Below, piece after piece: positions 26,601 to 38,099 of a DNA stretch of 64,000 nt. The position numbers and the translations under genes are program-made. This stretch comes from Leucoraja erinacea (taxonomy: Eukaryota). Positions within the stretch are counted from its first letter, which is position 1; the number at the start of each line of letters is the position of its first letter. Where the stretch lies: the NCBI RefSeq assembly GCF_028641065.1, contig NC_073406.1, positions 2,728,001 through 2,792,000 of the forward strand, given 5' to 3'. Below the pieces are notes generated by a model that was given only the letters and a program-made list of their open reading frames with translations, did not search any database and was not told the origin of the DNA.

Positions 26601-29600
26601 TGTGGACAGCTTGATTGTACTCGAGTATGGTCTTTCCACTGACTGGATAGTACACAACAAATAGATTTTCACTGTAATTTGGTACATGATACTAAACTAA
26701 ACAGATGGAGGGATTTTGACTAAAGGTGGAGGGAATTTGAAAATAAAAATCTTTCAGATTGTAGGAGGGATTGTCCTTAACTGTTCATTCTGGCATGGCC
26801 ACCTCAGGTACGCAAATACTTTAAGGAAACAGACAATTTTGAAGAGCACCTACCAAAAACATCTGTAAAATCTATGAGACTGGTGCCAGGTGCTGGTGAA
26901 CTGATTCCTGCTTTCCACAGAGATTTTTGTATCTCCGTCTCCACCAGTTCACCCAGAAACGTTTTCCAGATATTGGTCACCTGCAATGAAAGCATGAAGC
27001 AGACTGCTGTTCAGAAGCCACGGTCCGACCTACTGATGTTACACCAGCACTTTACATTTTGCTTGTCACATACAAGGAATTTGCCTTGGTGCTCCGCCCA
27101 CATGTAATAACATGACATACAGTGACAGTTAGGAAGGACTCAGAAAACATTAATAATAATAAGACATTAATGATAAAACACCATTGATCAAGCATGTGAA
27201 CAACAAAATACCAGATCAAAGGGAGGCACAGATATACCTTTATTCAATTAAGAGCTTTTTAAATCTATGATAAACAACTTTTGCAAGGTATAGAAACAAA
27301 GAACTGCAAATGCCGGTTTATACCGAAGATAGACACAAAGTGCTGGAGTCACTCAGCGGGTCAGGCAACATCTCTGGAGAAAAAGATTCAGTTTAGTTTA
27401 TTGTCACATGAACCGAGGTACAGTGAACAGCTTTTGTTGCGTGCTAACCAGTCAGCAGAAAGACAATGCATGGTTACAATTGAGCCATTTACAGTGTATA
27501 GATTCATGATAAGGGAATAACGTTTAGTGCAAGGTAAAATCTTGCACTAAAGTCCAAACAAAGAGTTTGAGGGTCACCAATGAGTTAGATAGTAAAAAGG
27601 AGAGGTGATGTTTCAGGTCAGGATCCTTCTTCAGTCTGAAGAAGGGTTCCCGCCAGAAATGCCACCTGTCCATGTTCTCCATAGTTGCTGCCTGACTCGC
27701 TGAGTTAGTCCAGCACATTGTGTCTACATTTACAAGATAATTTGTTTATGCGTTTCATTGCATTGCAACACATATACACAAAATCCCAAGGTGCTAAATA
27801 GAGTGATACAGTGTGGAAACAGGCCAACTTCAGACCCTTCTTCAGAGTGAGAGTCAGGAGAGGTGTAGTTTCGGGTCAGGATCCTTCTCCAGTCTGAAGA
27901 AGGGTCTCGACTAGAAACGTCACCTATTCCTTTTCTCCAGAGATGCTGCCTGACCCGCTGAGTTACTCCAGCTGTTTGAATGCCAGCAATAACCTCAGTA
28001 AAGCCCCCGTCCTGCATCAGCACAGCCTTATACACTCTCTCATGTCTGCAGGACAAGTTGCCACTTTGCTTGTCCCACATTGATCATGGTGAGTTGTATC
28101 ATTCTGACCTTTACCTCTGAGTACAGCGAGTCTGCTATGTCCATCTTCTCCTGTTGGTAAAACACGTTGGCCATATGGTAATACCCACCGGCGGTGTGAA
28201 TGTCAGACACGCCAAACACTCGTGTGGCGTGGTAAATCTGTCAAAAGTAAATTCCTGCAATTAGTCTCTTTCAAATGGAAAACAGGGCGTCTTATCTTGC
28301 ATGAGCTACCATTAAGTGTTCCATATTCGATGACATTTACTGACCGACTATTAAATAGAAATGGAGGTGGACAGGCAGAATAGTTCATCTTTGTGACGTT
28401 ATGCCAGATGTTTAAATTGTAAATGTATCCACGCTGTGTCCTTTTGTTCTTGATGTGAATGGAAGCATGTTACATTAAGCCTAATTATCTGTGTCCTGCC
28501 CCATCCCCTGGCCTCCTAGTGTTTATAATGTGAGGGAAATACACGTTGGAAATCTGTAAAGCATAATTAAATTACATAGTAAGGCAGGGCAGCTTGGTGA
28601 ACAAAGGGGTTATATTCCTAAAGGCAAATTCATGATGTGGGAGATACCATTATTACTTGTAGAGAAAATCCAGTTTGATACCTTGGGACACCTAGGTAGA
28701 GATGCTGCCTCACAGTAGCAGAGACCCGTATTTGAAATTAACCTCGGGTGCTGTCCGTGTGGAGTTTGCACGTTCTTCCCTGTGACGGTGTGGGTTTCCT
28801 CCGGGTGCTCAGGTTTCCTCAAAGAGACGTGTGGGTTTGTGGGTCAGGTCGGATCGGGTGGCATTTCCCTCACCACGTGTACCATGTAATCCCGTGCTAC
28901 CTGCTCCATGGTCGGACAGTCGGCGACTAAACTGTCTCCCCCACCTGGTTTGCCAGGTGAGGAAGGGGCTGTGGACCCCCAGCAGGACCAAAAACAAAAC
29001 CTGTCAAAAGTCGGATGAGCTCCTAGCGAGCCAAAGGCCATCCACACTTCAGTAGAAGTTGCGATCACTGTCGTACACGGCATTGTAAGGCACCATGTTT
29101 TCAACGATGGTGATGATGATTTGTGGGTTCATTGTCCCTCTTGTAAATTACCCCCTAGCTTGGGTCTCTGGCGCTGTGAGGCAGCAGCTCTACCCGCTGC
29201 ACCACCGCACTGCCACATTGGTCTTTCTCAACCCATTTCTTCCCAACTACTTACATCGTCAGCAAAGCACCACAGCGCTTTGTCGTAGTCACACTTGGCG
29301 GTGTAGAAAAGGCCCAGGTTTCGGAACAACTTGTACTGAATGGCGTTAATACATTCCTTGGTCTTCATCACCGTCCACTGAGCCTGAGAGAGGTACTCTT
29401 CAGCTTCATCTAGTCGACCAAGGCCTGGGCAGCATCCCGTGCACAAAATGGTGAAATTACTGACTGTACATTAACACAACATTCACCGTCTCATGTTCAT
29501 AAATTCATAAGTGATAGGAGCGGAATTAGGCCATTCGGCCGGTCAATACGCTGCCATTCATTCATGGCTGATCTATCTCTCCCTCTCAACCCCATTCTCC

Positions 29601-32600
29601 AGCCATCTCCCCATAACCCCTGCCACCCTCACTAATCAACTATCTGTTCCCTTCATGATATTATAGACTGCTATAAGATCTCCCTTCAGCCTCTCACACT
29701 CCAAGGAATAAAGTCCAAGACTAGCTGACCTCTCCCTATAGCTCAGTCCTTCGAGTCCTGGCAACGCCCCTGTTAATTTATTCCGCATCTTTCCCACAGC
29801 AGGGCGAGCAAAACTGAACACAATACTCCAAGGTCGACAAAAATGCTGGAGAAACTCAGCGGGTGAGGCAGGATCTATGGTTCTCGACCCGAAACGTCAC
29901 CCATCCCTTTGCTGCCTCACCTGCTGAGTTTCTCCAGCACTTTTGTCTAGCCTTCGATTTTTCCAGCATCTGCAGTTCCTTCTTACAAAATACTCCAAGT
30001 GTACCTCACCAATGTCTTGGACATCTTTAACATAATGTTCCAGTTTCTAATGTGTCAAAAGCCTTAATAATTAATACAAACAAAGTGCTGGAGTAACTCA
30101 ACAGGTCAATAGACAATAGACAATGGGTGCAGGAGTAGGCCATTCAGCTCTTTGAGCCAGCACCGCCATTCAATGTGATCATGGCTGATCATCCACAATC
30201 AGTACCCCGTTCCTGCCTTCTCCCCATATCCCCTGACTCCGCTATCTTTAAGAGCACTATCTAACTCTCTCTTGAAAGTATCCAGAGAACCTGCCTTCAC
30301 CGCCATCTGAGGCAGAGAATTCCACAGACTCTATGTGTGAAAAAGTGTTTCCGCGTCTCCGTTCTAAATGGGTTACCCCTTGTTCTTAAACTGTGGCCCC
30401 TGGTTCTGGACTCCCCCCAACATTGGGTCAGGCAGCATCTTTGGAGAAAAGGTCTGAAGAAGGGTCCTGACGCGAAATGTCACACATGTTTTTTCTCCAG
30501 AAATGCTGCCTGACCTGATGAGTTACTCCAGCAATCTGTGCCCATCTTTGGTATAAACCAGAATCTGTAGTTCTTTGTTTCTACTTAATAATTTTACTGG
30601 TTCTTCCCAGCTGACGTACATTATCAACCAACATAGAACATGAAATATTCTTACCAATACCAGCTTCTGCCAGGAGTAACTGAGATGGAACTAGCTCAGC
30701 CGAGAGGCTGCCATAAACTGTGGTTGCAAAACGCAAGGACTGCAGTGCTCCAGGTATCGCCCTTTCATGTTTACCCTCAAACAGAAGCTTCTGAGCCACA
30801 GTTCGTGTCAGATCAATGAGATGTTTCTGTAAGCAGCAAAGGCATTAGAAAGACGAGGCACTCTTCCTCAAGCTTATGTTGGGCTTCAGTGTAACAGTGC
30901 AGGAGGCCACAAACAGTGGTGGGAGTGGGGTGGGGAATTAAGGTGGCAAGCAAGCTGTAGCGTAGGGTTACATGCGTGGGACTTCGCATGTGTTTTCTGC
31001 AATGCAAACATTCAATCTTCAATCGGTGGAGACACTGCCTCACAGCACCAGAGACCCAGGTTCGATCCTGACTACGGGTGCCGAGTTTGTACGTTCTCAC
31101 CATGACGGTGATGGTTTTCTCTGGGTCTCCTGTTTCCTCCTTGTTTCCAACCATATGCCGGTTTGGAGGTTTATTGGCTTCTGCAAATTTGTCCCTAGGG
31201 TGCAGAGAGTGGATGAGAAAGTGGGATAACATAGAGCTGGTGAACGGGTGATCGATGGTTGGCATGGACTCGATGGGCCAAAGGGCCTGTTTCCATGCTG
31301 TCTCTCTCAACTCTCTTTCTAAACTAAAATGCTTTATAAAATGGATTATTTTTTAAGTTCTAAATTATTCTTAGAACATTGTCTGATATATTCTCCAGTG
31401 ATAGAATCAAAAATAATTTAAAATGTAATTTTAAGCAAATTCGGACATTAACCGTATAATATCACTGACTACTTTTTCTATTGTCCGTATTAAGTAGCGA
31501 TACTCAGTTCATTTGTTTAGGATACCGAGGAATGTTCCATTTCCAAATTTTCTTCGAGCTCTTCTGGCAGGGAACACAGGTTATTTTTCCCAGTGCACAA
31601 TGGATGTGACACATGTATGCATGGAGACTGTTATCCATGAAGCAATGGCTGTTTTGATGCCACTGTGATTATGGCTGATCTATTCACCTACTGACATTCT
31701 TGATGAGTAAAGGGCCTGTCCAACTTGGGCGTCATTAGGTGGCGAGCGAAGATTTCGTGAATCCCAAAATCCTGCGGCGCTGTGCGCGACCGCGCGCCAT
31801 TGCCTGCACCACCATGTCTCACCATGCGCCATGCGCGGGTCACATGCGCGTCAAGCATAAATGACGTCGCATCGTGCGTCGTGGAGCGTAAATGATGTCA
31901 CGTAAATGACGCGCAAATAACGCCCAAGTGGGACAGGCCCTTAAGGGTATCAAAGGTTTCGAGGAGAAGGTAGGAGAATGAGGTTGAGTGGGAAGAATAG
32001 ATCAGAATTAATCGAATGGCAGGGTAGACTTGATGGGCCGACTAGTCTAATTCTGCTCCTAAGTCTTATGGTTTTCAACACCATATCTGCAGCAGGAAGA
32101 CTGCTTTTGTTTCAAAGTTGTCTGACAATCAGCTTGGACTTCGCTAGGGTAAAAGACAATGCAGTGGTACATATATAAATTGACTTGACTTTGACAGCCC
32201 TTGGGAACAATCTGTCTACAATCACAAATGAAGAATTGCATTCAATAGTTACTGGTTATAGCGAACCTATATTCCTCACCTGCATAAATCAGTACGTTGT
32301 GGAGAGGACAAGAGAAAACTGGAAATCAAAAAATAAACAAATATAGATGCTAGGTGGACAAAAATGCTGGAGAAACTCAGCGGGCGAGGCAGCATATATG
32401 GAGCAAAGGAAATAGGCGACTTTTCGGGTCAAGACCCTTCTTCAGACTCGACACGAAACGTTGCCTATTTCCTTCGCTCCATAGATGCTGTCTCACCTGC
32501 TGAGTTTCTCCAGCATTTTTGTCTACCTTCGATTTTCCAGCATCTGCAGTTCCTTCTTAAAAATACAGATGCTAGGTTCTCAGTGTTTACCTGTCTCTGC

Positions 32601-34970
32601 ACAAGTTGTGCCTTACTGTGCTCTCGTTCTATTGTTGAGCTGAGGAAAGGCAGTGGTGTTCGTACCGGAATCAGAAGCTGGCAAATCTTCTCATGGATTC
32701 CATGCCAATCTGCCTCTTGGTGCGCAATATCACTGTGAGAAGACAGGGATAGGCGTTTAACCTTGAGAGGAACATTCTTCATTCTTGATTAGTACAGGTG
32801 TCAGAGGTTACGGGGAGAAGGCAGGAGAATGGGTTTGTACTCGGCTTGTATTCGCTAGAATTTAGAAGATTGAGGGGGGATCTTATAGAAACTTACAAAA
32901 TTCTTAAGGGGTTGGACAGGCTAGATGCAGGAAGATTGTTCCCGATATTGGGGAAGTCCAGGACAAGGGGTCACAGTTTAAGGATAAAGGGGAAATCCTT
33001 TAAGACCGAGATGAGAAAAACATTTTTCAAACAGAGAGTGGTGAATCTCTGGAACTCTCTGCCACAGAAGGTAGTTGAGGCCAGTTCATTGGCTATATTT
33101 AAGAGGGAGTTAGATGTGGCCCTTGTGGCTAAAGGGATCAGGGTGTATGGAGAGAAGGCAGGTACAGGATACTGAATTGGATGATCAGCCATGATCGTAT
33201 TGAATGGCGGTGCAGGCTCGAAGGGCCGAATGGCCTACTTCTGCACTTATTTTTTATGTTTCTATGAGGGAGAGATAAATCAGCTATAATTGAAAGGAGG
33301 AGTAGAGTTGATGGGCCAAATGGCCTCATTCTGCTCCTATCACTTATGACCATATACCATTCACTCGTTGGCACAGCTAATAAATACTGGAAGTATCAAA
33401 GATATGTTCTTTATCAGTAGAAAGTTTTAATATTTTATTTAGTTCAGAAAACAACCCCATTTTAATGGATAAGAATTGGAATTGTTTTCTTTGAAATAAA
33501 AACTTGCATTTGTCTACACATTCAATTGATTTGACCAGATTTGAAGTTCATACATTTCTTTTCAAAAAGAAAACTTTTATTCTTTAGAAGTAATTCATTA
33601 CCAGATAAAAATAATATTTTTAGCGACTAAAATAATTACATTTGTCTTCAACTATGCAATAGATTTTTTTACATTAGACCTCCACCAACACCACAACCTA
33701 TGGCCACACAGCAACTGTACCTCCAATTATTAAATCTAATGATTCTTATTGCCTTATCTATGATGGTATCTATGGTGGTGAATCTGTGGAATTCATTGCC
33801 ACAGAAGGCTGTGGAGGCCAAATCAATGGATATTTTTAAGGGATAGATAAATTCTTGATTAGTGCCAGTGTCAGGGGTTATGGGGAGAAGGCAGGAGACT
33901 GGGATTAAGATGGTGAGATAGATCAGCCATGATTGAATGGCGGAGCAGACTCGGTGGACTGAATAATTCTGCTTCTATCACATGATCTTATTTGTTGTTT
34001 GTTTACTCTATTCCTTGGTAAGATGGACATTTTGGCGATTGCAATTTAAAACAAAATTGAATTGGAGTCCAGCTGTTCTCTTTAATACCTCATCTACAAA
34101 AGTCCAGAGTGTTTTATTGTCATGTGTCCCAGATAGAACAATGAAATTCATACTTGCAGCAGCACAACAGAATATGTAAACATAGCACACTGTAGAACAA
34201 TACAATAAACGAGAAAAATAAGTCCAGTGTGTGTATATTATACACACATAAGATAGATACAAAATGCTGGACGAACTCAGCGGGATGTTTTGTGTCAAGA
34301 TCCTTCTTCAGACTGAGAGTCAGCGCAGACGGAGACATAGAGATATGGAAGGGTAAGGTGTGAAAACACAGATCCAAGGGGACGATGATAAAGGAAATGT
34401 AGAACGGTTAGCTGAGGGGAAGATGACAACGAGGCATACAATCAGTAAAATTTAATCAGGAGGACAGTGGAACTGGCTGGAGAACTAGGATGGGGTGGGA
34501 CATAGAGAGAGAGAAAGCAAGGGTTACGAAGTTAGAGAAATCAATATTCATACTGCTGGGTTATAAGCTGCTCAAATGAAATATGAGATGTTGTTCCTCC
34601 AATATTCGGTGATATATATATATATATATGTTCACACACACACACACATACTCATAAATCATATAAATACAAATAATAATGATGCAAAAAAAACAAAATC
34701 AATGCTCCCGAGTCCATGTAGTTTTGGAGGTCCTAGTGCTTAATAGCCTGATGGCTGGAGGGTAGAAAGATGTGTTATAAATATAACACATCACAAATCA
34801 AAGCTACTTCTGTTTGGTCAGCAGCCCACCTAGTTTAAGAAAGCCTCAACTCACCAGTAATAAGTCACCCTGCACCGGGAGCACATAATATGGGCGGTTT
34901 TTTGGCACATCTCGCACTCCAGTGTGACCCCCTTGGGATTAGCAAGCGGATAAACAGAAGTACTTAACAT
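20673..34970 (-). CDS. ZMYND12: Zinc finger MYND domain-containing protein 12, 8 coding exons, 385 aa
   Basis: Exons 34970-34855 (MLSTSVYPLANPKGVTLECEMCQKTAHIMCSRCRVTYYC, MYND finger), 32732-32591 (DIAHQEADWHGIHEKIC), 30826-30655, 29424-29255, 28237-28115, 26980-26854, 25003-24858 (DEAQEAEA) and 20834-20673 (ATEYGELAL...NTC*). All introns are GT-AG with consistent phases; total 1158 nt. AATAAA on the minus strand at 20542-20547. Confidence 0.93.
20910..21203 (-). mobile_element. Rex1/Babar-like LINE 3' fragment
   Basis: The minus strand encodes PSGKRHKSMKTHTSRFR, resembling the Rex1/Babar ORF C-terminus. Its 3' UTR recurs at ~26470-26700, 27390-27590, 40595-40700 and 63520-63720. Confidence 0.6.
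21467..21606. other. Assembly gap (140 N)
   Basis: Run of N, flanked by Penelope-like repeat sequence. Confidence 0.99.
22827..23005. mobile_element. Fold-back (inverted) Penelope-derived short insertion
   Basis: ~70-bp inverted arms centred on CAACGTTTTGGGTCGAAACGTTG. 16-bp TSD TATTTAAAATAATGTT at 22811-22826 and 23006-23021. Confidence 0.8.
23411..24191 (+). mobile_element. GC-rich ~780-bp non-autonomous retroposon with TGACAATTAAA-(TGTATCT)n tail
   Basis: CpG-rich body with no credible ORF. Its 3' part is shared with 62141-62864 (TTTATT(G)GCCTTCCATCACAG...TGGATGTTTATGTAAA) and it ends in a tandem tail. Confidence 0.6.
25831..25858 (+). ncRNA. Minimal type I hammerhead ribozyme motif in a Penelope-derived repeat
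   Basis: CTGAAGA-A-GGGT-TTCG-GCCC-GAAA-CG-TC: CUGANGA core, 4-bp stem II, GAAA, palindromic ACGU stem III and a GUC cleavage triplet. Confidence 0.65.
28845..29119 (+). mobile_element. ~275-bp retroposon with (GAT)n tail (possibly RTE-related), nested in an HE1-like SINE
   Basis: 9-bp TSD TTTGTGGGT at 28836-28844 and 29120-29128; tail GATGGTGATGATGA. The RTE relationship is inferred. Confidence 0.6.
31022..31328 (+). mobile_element. HE1-like tRNA-derived V-SINE
   Basis: B box GGTTCGATCC, central V-domain-like block (GAGTTTGTACGTTCTC...GGTTTTCTC) and a LINE-like 3' end GGCCTGTTTCC. Confidence 0.8.
31711..31941. mobile_element. PIF/Harbinger-type MITE
   Basis: TIRs AGGGCCTGTCCAACTTGGGCGT / ACGCCCAAGTGGGACAGGCCCT with TAA duplicated on both sides (31708-10, 31942-44). 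CpG-rich interior; it interrupts an old LINE tail. Confidence 0.8.
32356..32560. mobile_element. Fold-back Penelope-derived insertion near the ZMYND12 exon 2 donor
   Basis: Inverted arms around hammerhead remnants. ~17-bp TSD AAATA(T/C)AGATGCTAGGT at 32339-32355 and 32561-32577. Confidence 0.75.
32836..33265 (+). mobile_element. CR1/HER1-type LINE 3' fragment
   Basis: Encodes [18 protein letters not shown]...RVVNLWNSLP and ends in a TTTCTATG tail. Near-identical to 36600-37045 and 37605-37912. Confidence 0.85.
34252..34602 (-). mobile_element. Penelope-like element 3' fragment (end of GIY-YIG ORF, 3' UTR, degenerate hammerhead, terminal repeat)
   Basis: Minus strand 34602-34528 reads LEEQHLIFHLSSL*PSSMNIDFSNF, typical of the end of PLE GIY-YIG domains. 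It is followed by CTGAAGAAGGATCTTGACACAAAACATC and the common terminal repeat. Confidence 0.75.
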
Positions 34971-35046
34971 GGCGAAAGCTCGGGAGGTCAGCTCGTTTCT
35001 GCAGCACTCTCAGCTTCTCAAATGCGGCCTTACTGACGACTGGCAG

Positions 35047-35526
35047 ACGTTGCTAGGGAACGGGGACACGTTGCTAAGGAGTTGGGACACGTTGCTAGGG
35101 ACTTGCTGCACGTTGCTAAGGAGTTGGGACACGTTGCTAGGGACACGTTGCTAGGGACGGGACACGTTGCTAGGGACACGGGACACGTTGCTAGGGACTT
35201 GCTGCACGTTGCTAAGGACGGGACACGTTGCTAGGGACTTGCTAGGGACTTGCTGCACGTTGCTAAGGACGGGACACGTTGCTAGGGACTTGGGACACGT
35301 TGCTAAGGACGGGACACGTTGCTAGGGACTTTCTACACGTTGTTAGGGAGTTAGGACAAGTTGCTAAGGACTTGGGACACGTTGCTAGTTGCTAGGGACT
35401 TGCTACATGTTGCTAGGGAGTTGGGACACGTTGTTAGGGAACGGGGACACGTTGCTAGGGAGTTGGGACACGTTGCTAAAGACTTGGGCCACGTTGCTAG
35501 GGAGTTGGGACACGTTGCTAGGGACT
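35047..35526. repeat. ~21-bp minisatellite (ACACGTTGCTA(G/A)GGA...) of X-box-like motifs upstream of ZMYND12
   Basis: About 22 copies of GTTGCTA between 35049 and 35514, mostly 21 bp apart. Confidence 0.9.
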
Positions 35527-36431
35527 TTCCTCCGGTCCCTGAACCTGCCGCACTCCTTAGTGCCTCACATACCTAAATAACACAACACAAATCAGAACTA
35601 CTATTAAAGGGGAAATCTAAACGTTTTGATATCAACGTGTCATTGTAATGACTTTGAATAGAAATTGCAATCAGGTCTGAAAGCTCTGTGTAGGAAGGAG
35701 CTGCAGATGCTGGTTTATACCAAAGGTAGACACCAAGACAAGAGCTGGAGCAACTCAGCGGGTCAGGCAACATCTCTGGAGAACATGGATAGGTGACATT
35801 TTGGGTCGAGACCCTTCTTCGGTCTGAAATATAGAGAAGTCCAGAACAAAACAGGGCCGGCACCAGATGACCTCAGGAAGGGTGGAGCCCACAATGGTCC
35901 ATTGTTGGCTGGGGAGGATGTGCTAATGACAGGGATACAAGGACGCCAATAGTGGAACTGAATCTGAACCCTTCGTCTCGACCCGGAACATCACCCATTC
36001 CTTCCCACCATAGATGCTGCCTGTCCCGGTGAGTTACTCCAGCATTTTGTGTTTATCTTCGGTTTAAATGAGCAAGTGTGTCAATCGTGTGTTATGTCAT
36101 ATGTCCCAGATAGAATCTTACTTGCAGCAGCACAACAGAATATGTAAACATAGTACCTTGTAAACAATATAATAAACGAGAAAAAAAGTTTAGTGTGTAA
36201 ATATATATACACATACTGCAGTTCCTTCCTACACAACCTCCCTCTGCTGTGTTTCTTTCTAATGAACAGTGTGATTGAAGAAGGGTCTTAACCCGAAACA
36301 CCGCCCATTCCTTCCCTCCAGAGATGCTGCCTGATCCTGACCTGCCAGAGGAGGTAGTTGAGGCTGGTACATGAATAGACAGGTACATAGTTAGACAGGT
36401 ACATGGTACATGGTACATTGAGTATAGGAGT

Positions 36432-37045
36432 ATAGGATTTGAGCATAGGAGCAGGGGGGTTCTACTGCAGTTGTACAGGATCTTGGTGAGACCACACCTG
36501 GAGTATTGCGTACAGTTTTGGACTCCTAATCTGAGGAAGGACATTCTTGCCATAGAGGGAGTACAGAGAAGGTTCACAAGACTGATTCCATGAGATGTCA
36601 GGACTGGATAGACTTGGTTTGTACCCGCTAGAATTTAGAAAATTTAAGGGGGGATCTTATAGAAACTTACAAAATTCTTAAGGGGTTGGACAGGCTAGAT
36701 GCAGGAAAATTGTTCCCGATGTTGGGGAAGTCCAGAACAAGGGGTCATAGATTAAGGATAAGGGGGAAATCTTTTTGGACCGAGATGAGGAAAACATTTT
36801 TCACACTGAGAGTGGTGAATCTGTGGAATTCTCTGCCACAGAAGGTAGTTGAGGCCAGTTCATTGGCTATATTTAAGAGGGAGTTGGATGTGGCCCTTGT
36901 GGCTAAAGGGATCAGGGGGTATGGAGAGAAGGCAGGTACAGGATACTGAGTTGGATGATCAGCCATGATTATATTGAATGGCGGTGCAGGCTCAAAGGGC
37001 CGAATGGCCTACTCCTGCACCTATTTTCTATGTTTCTATGTTTCT
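36432..37045 (+). mobile_element. CR1/HER1-type LINE 3' fragment
   Basis: Encodes [18 protein letters not shown]...RVVNLWNSLP and ends in a (TTTCTATG)n tail. Confidence 0.85.
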
Positions 37046-37946
37046 ACATGGTACATAGGTAGACAGGTACATGGATGGGACAGGTTTGGATGGGATCTGG
37101 ACCAAGCGCAGGCAGGTGTGAATAATGTAGCTAGGCTTTTTTTAATTCAAAAAATGTATTAAATTATTTTAAAAATAATAATGTTACACTACAATAAAAC
37201 AAACCAGGCCCCACCTCCATAATATAATACAAATAAATATCCTTAATAAACTACTGTACACTTATCTTACATTCCTTATCAAGGATGCATTCAACACCCT
37301 GCAGAAGCTAGGACATTGTTGGCCGGTGTGGGCAAGTTGGGCCGAAGAGCCACTGTGTGTGTGGACTCTGTGACCCGCTAAGATACTCCAGGGTACACAA
37401 AAATGCTGGAGAAACTCAGCGGGTGCAGCAGCATTTATGAGCGAAGAAAATAGGTAACGTTTCATTCCGAAACGTTACCTATTTCCTTCGCTCCATAGAT
37501 GCTGCTGCACCCGCTGAGTTTCTTCAGCATTTTTGTGTACCTTCGATTTTCCAGCATCTGCAGTTCCTTCTTAAACACGAGTTACTCCAGGACTCTGTCT
37601 GTCTCCAGAACAAAGGGGTCACAGTTTAAGGATAAGGGGGAAATCTTTTAGGACCGAGATGAGGAAAACATTTTTTACACAGAGAGTGGTGAATCTGTGG
37701 AACTCTCTGCCACAGAGGGTAGTTGAGGCCAGTTCATTGTCTATATTTAAGAGGGAGTTAGATGTGGCCCTTGTGGCTAAAGGGATCAGGGGGTATGGAG
37801 AGAAGGCAGGTACAGGATACTGAGTTGGATGATCAGCCATGATCTTATTGAATGGCGGTGCAGGCTCGAAGGGCCGAATGGCCTACTCCTGCACCTATTT
37901 TCTATGTTTCTATGTCACTCTCTGCAAGCCTTGCGGCTGGCGGAAC

Positions 37947-38094
37947 CAAAGATCTTATAGCAAATCTCTGCTATAAGATCACACAGAAAAGCTGGAGAAA
38001 CTGTGGAGTCTATGGAGCGAAGGAAATCTCTGCAAATCTCTGCTATAAGAGCAAATCTCTGCTATAAGAGCAAATCTCTGCTATAAGATCTTTG
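37947..38094. mobile_element. hAT-type MITE in the PPCS promoter region
   Basis: 16-bp TIRs CAAAGATCTTATAGCA / TGCTATAAGATCTTTG and 8-bp TSD GGCGGAAC (37939-46, 38095-102). The interior holds 19-bp tandem repeats and a Penelope remnant. Confidence 0.8.
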
Positions 38095-38099
38095 GGCGG

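Noticed and set aside
35047-35526. CRISPR-like or coding interpretation of the regular repeat (ORFs 34969-35154 and 35361-35580)
   Set aside because: There are no unique spacers or cas genes and the context is vertebrate. The ORFs are simply translations of the minisatellite.
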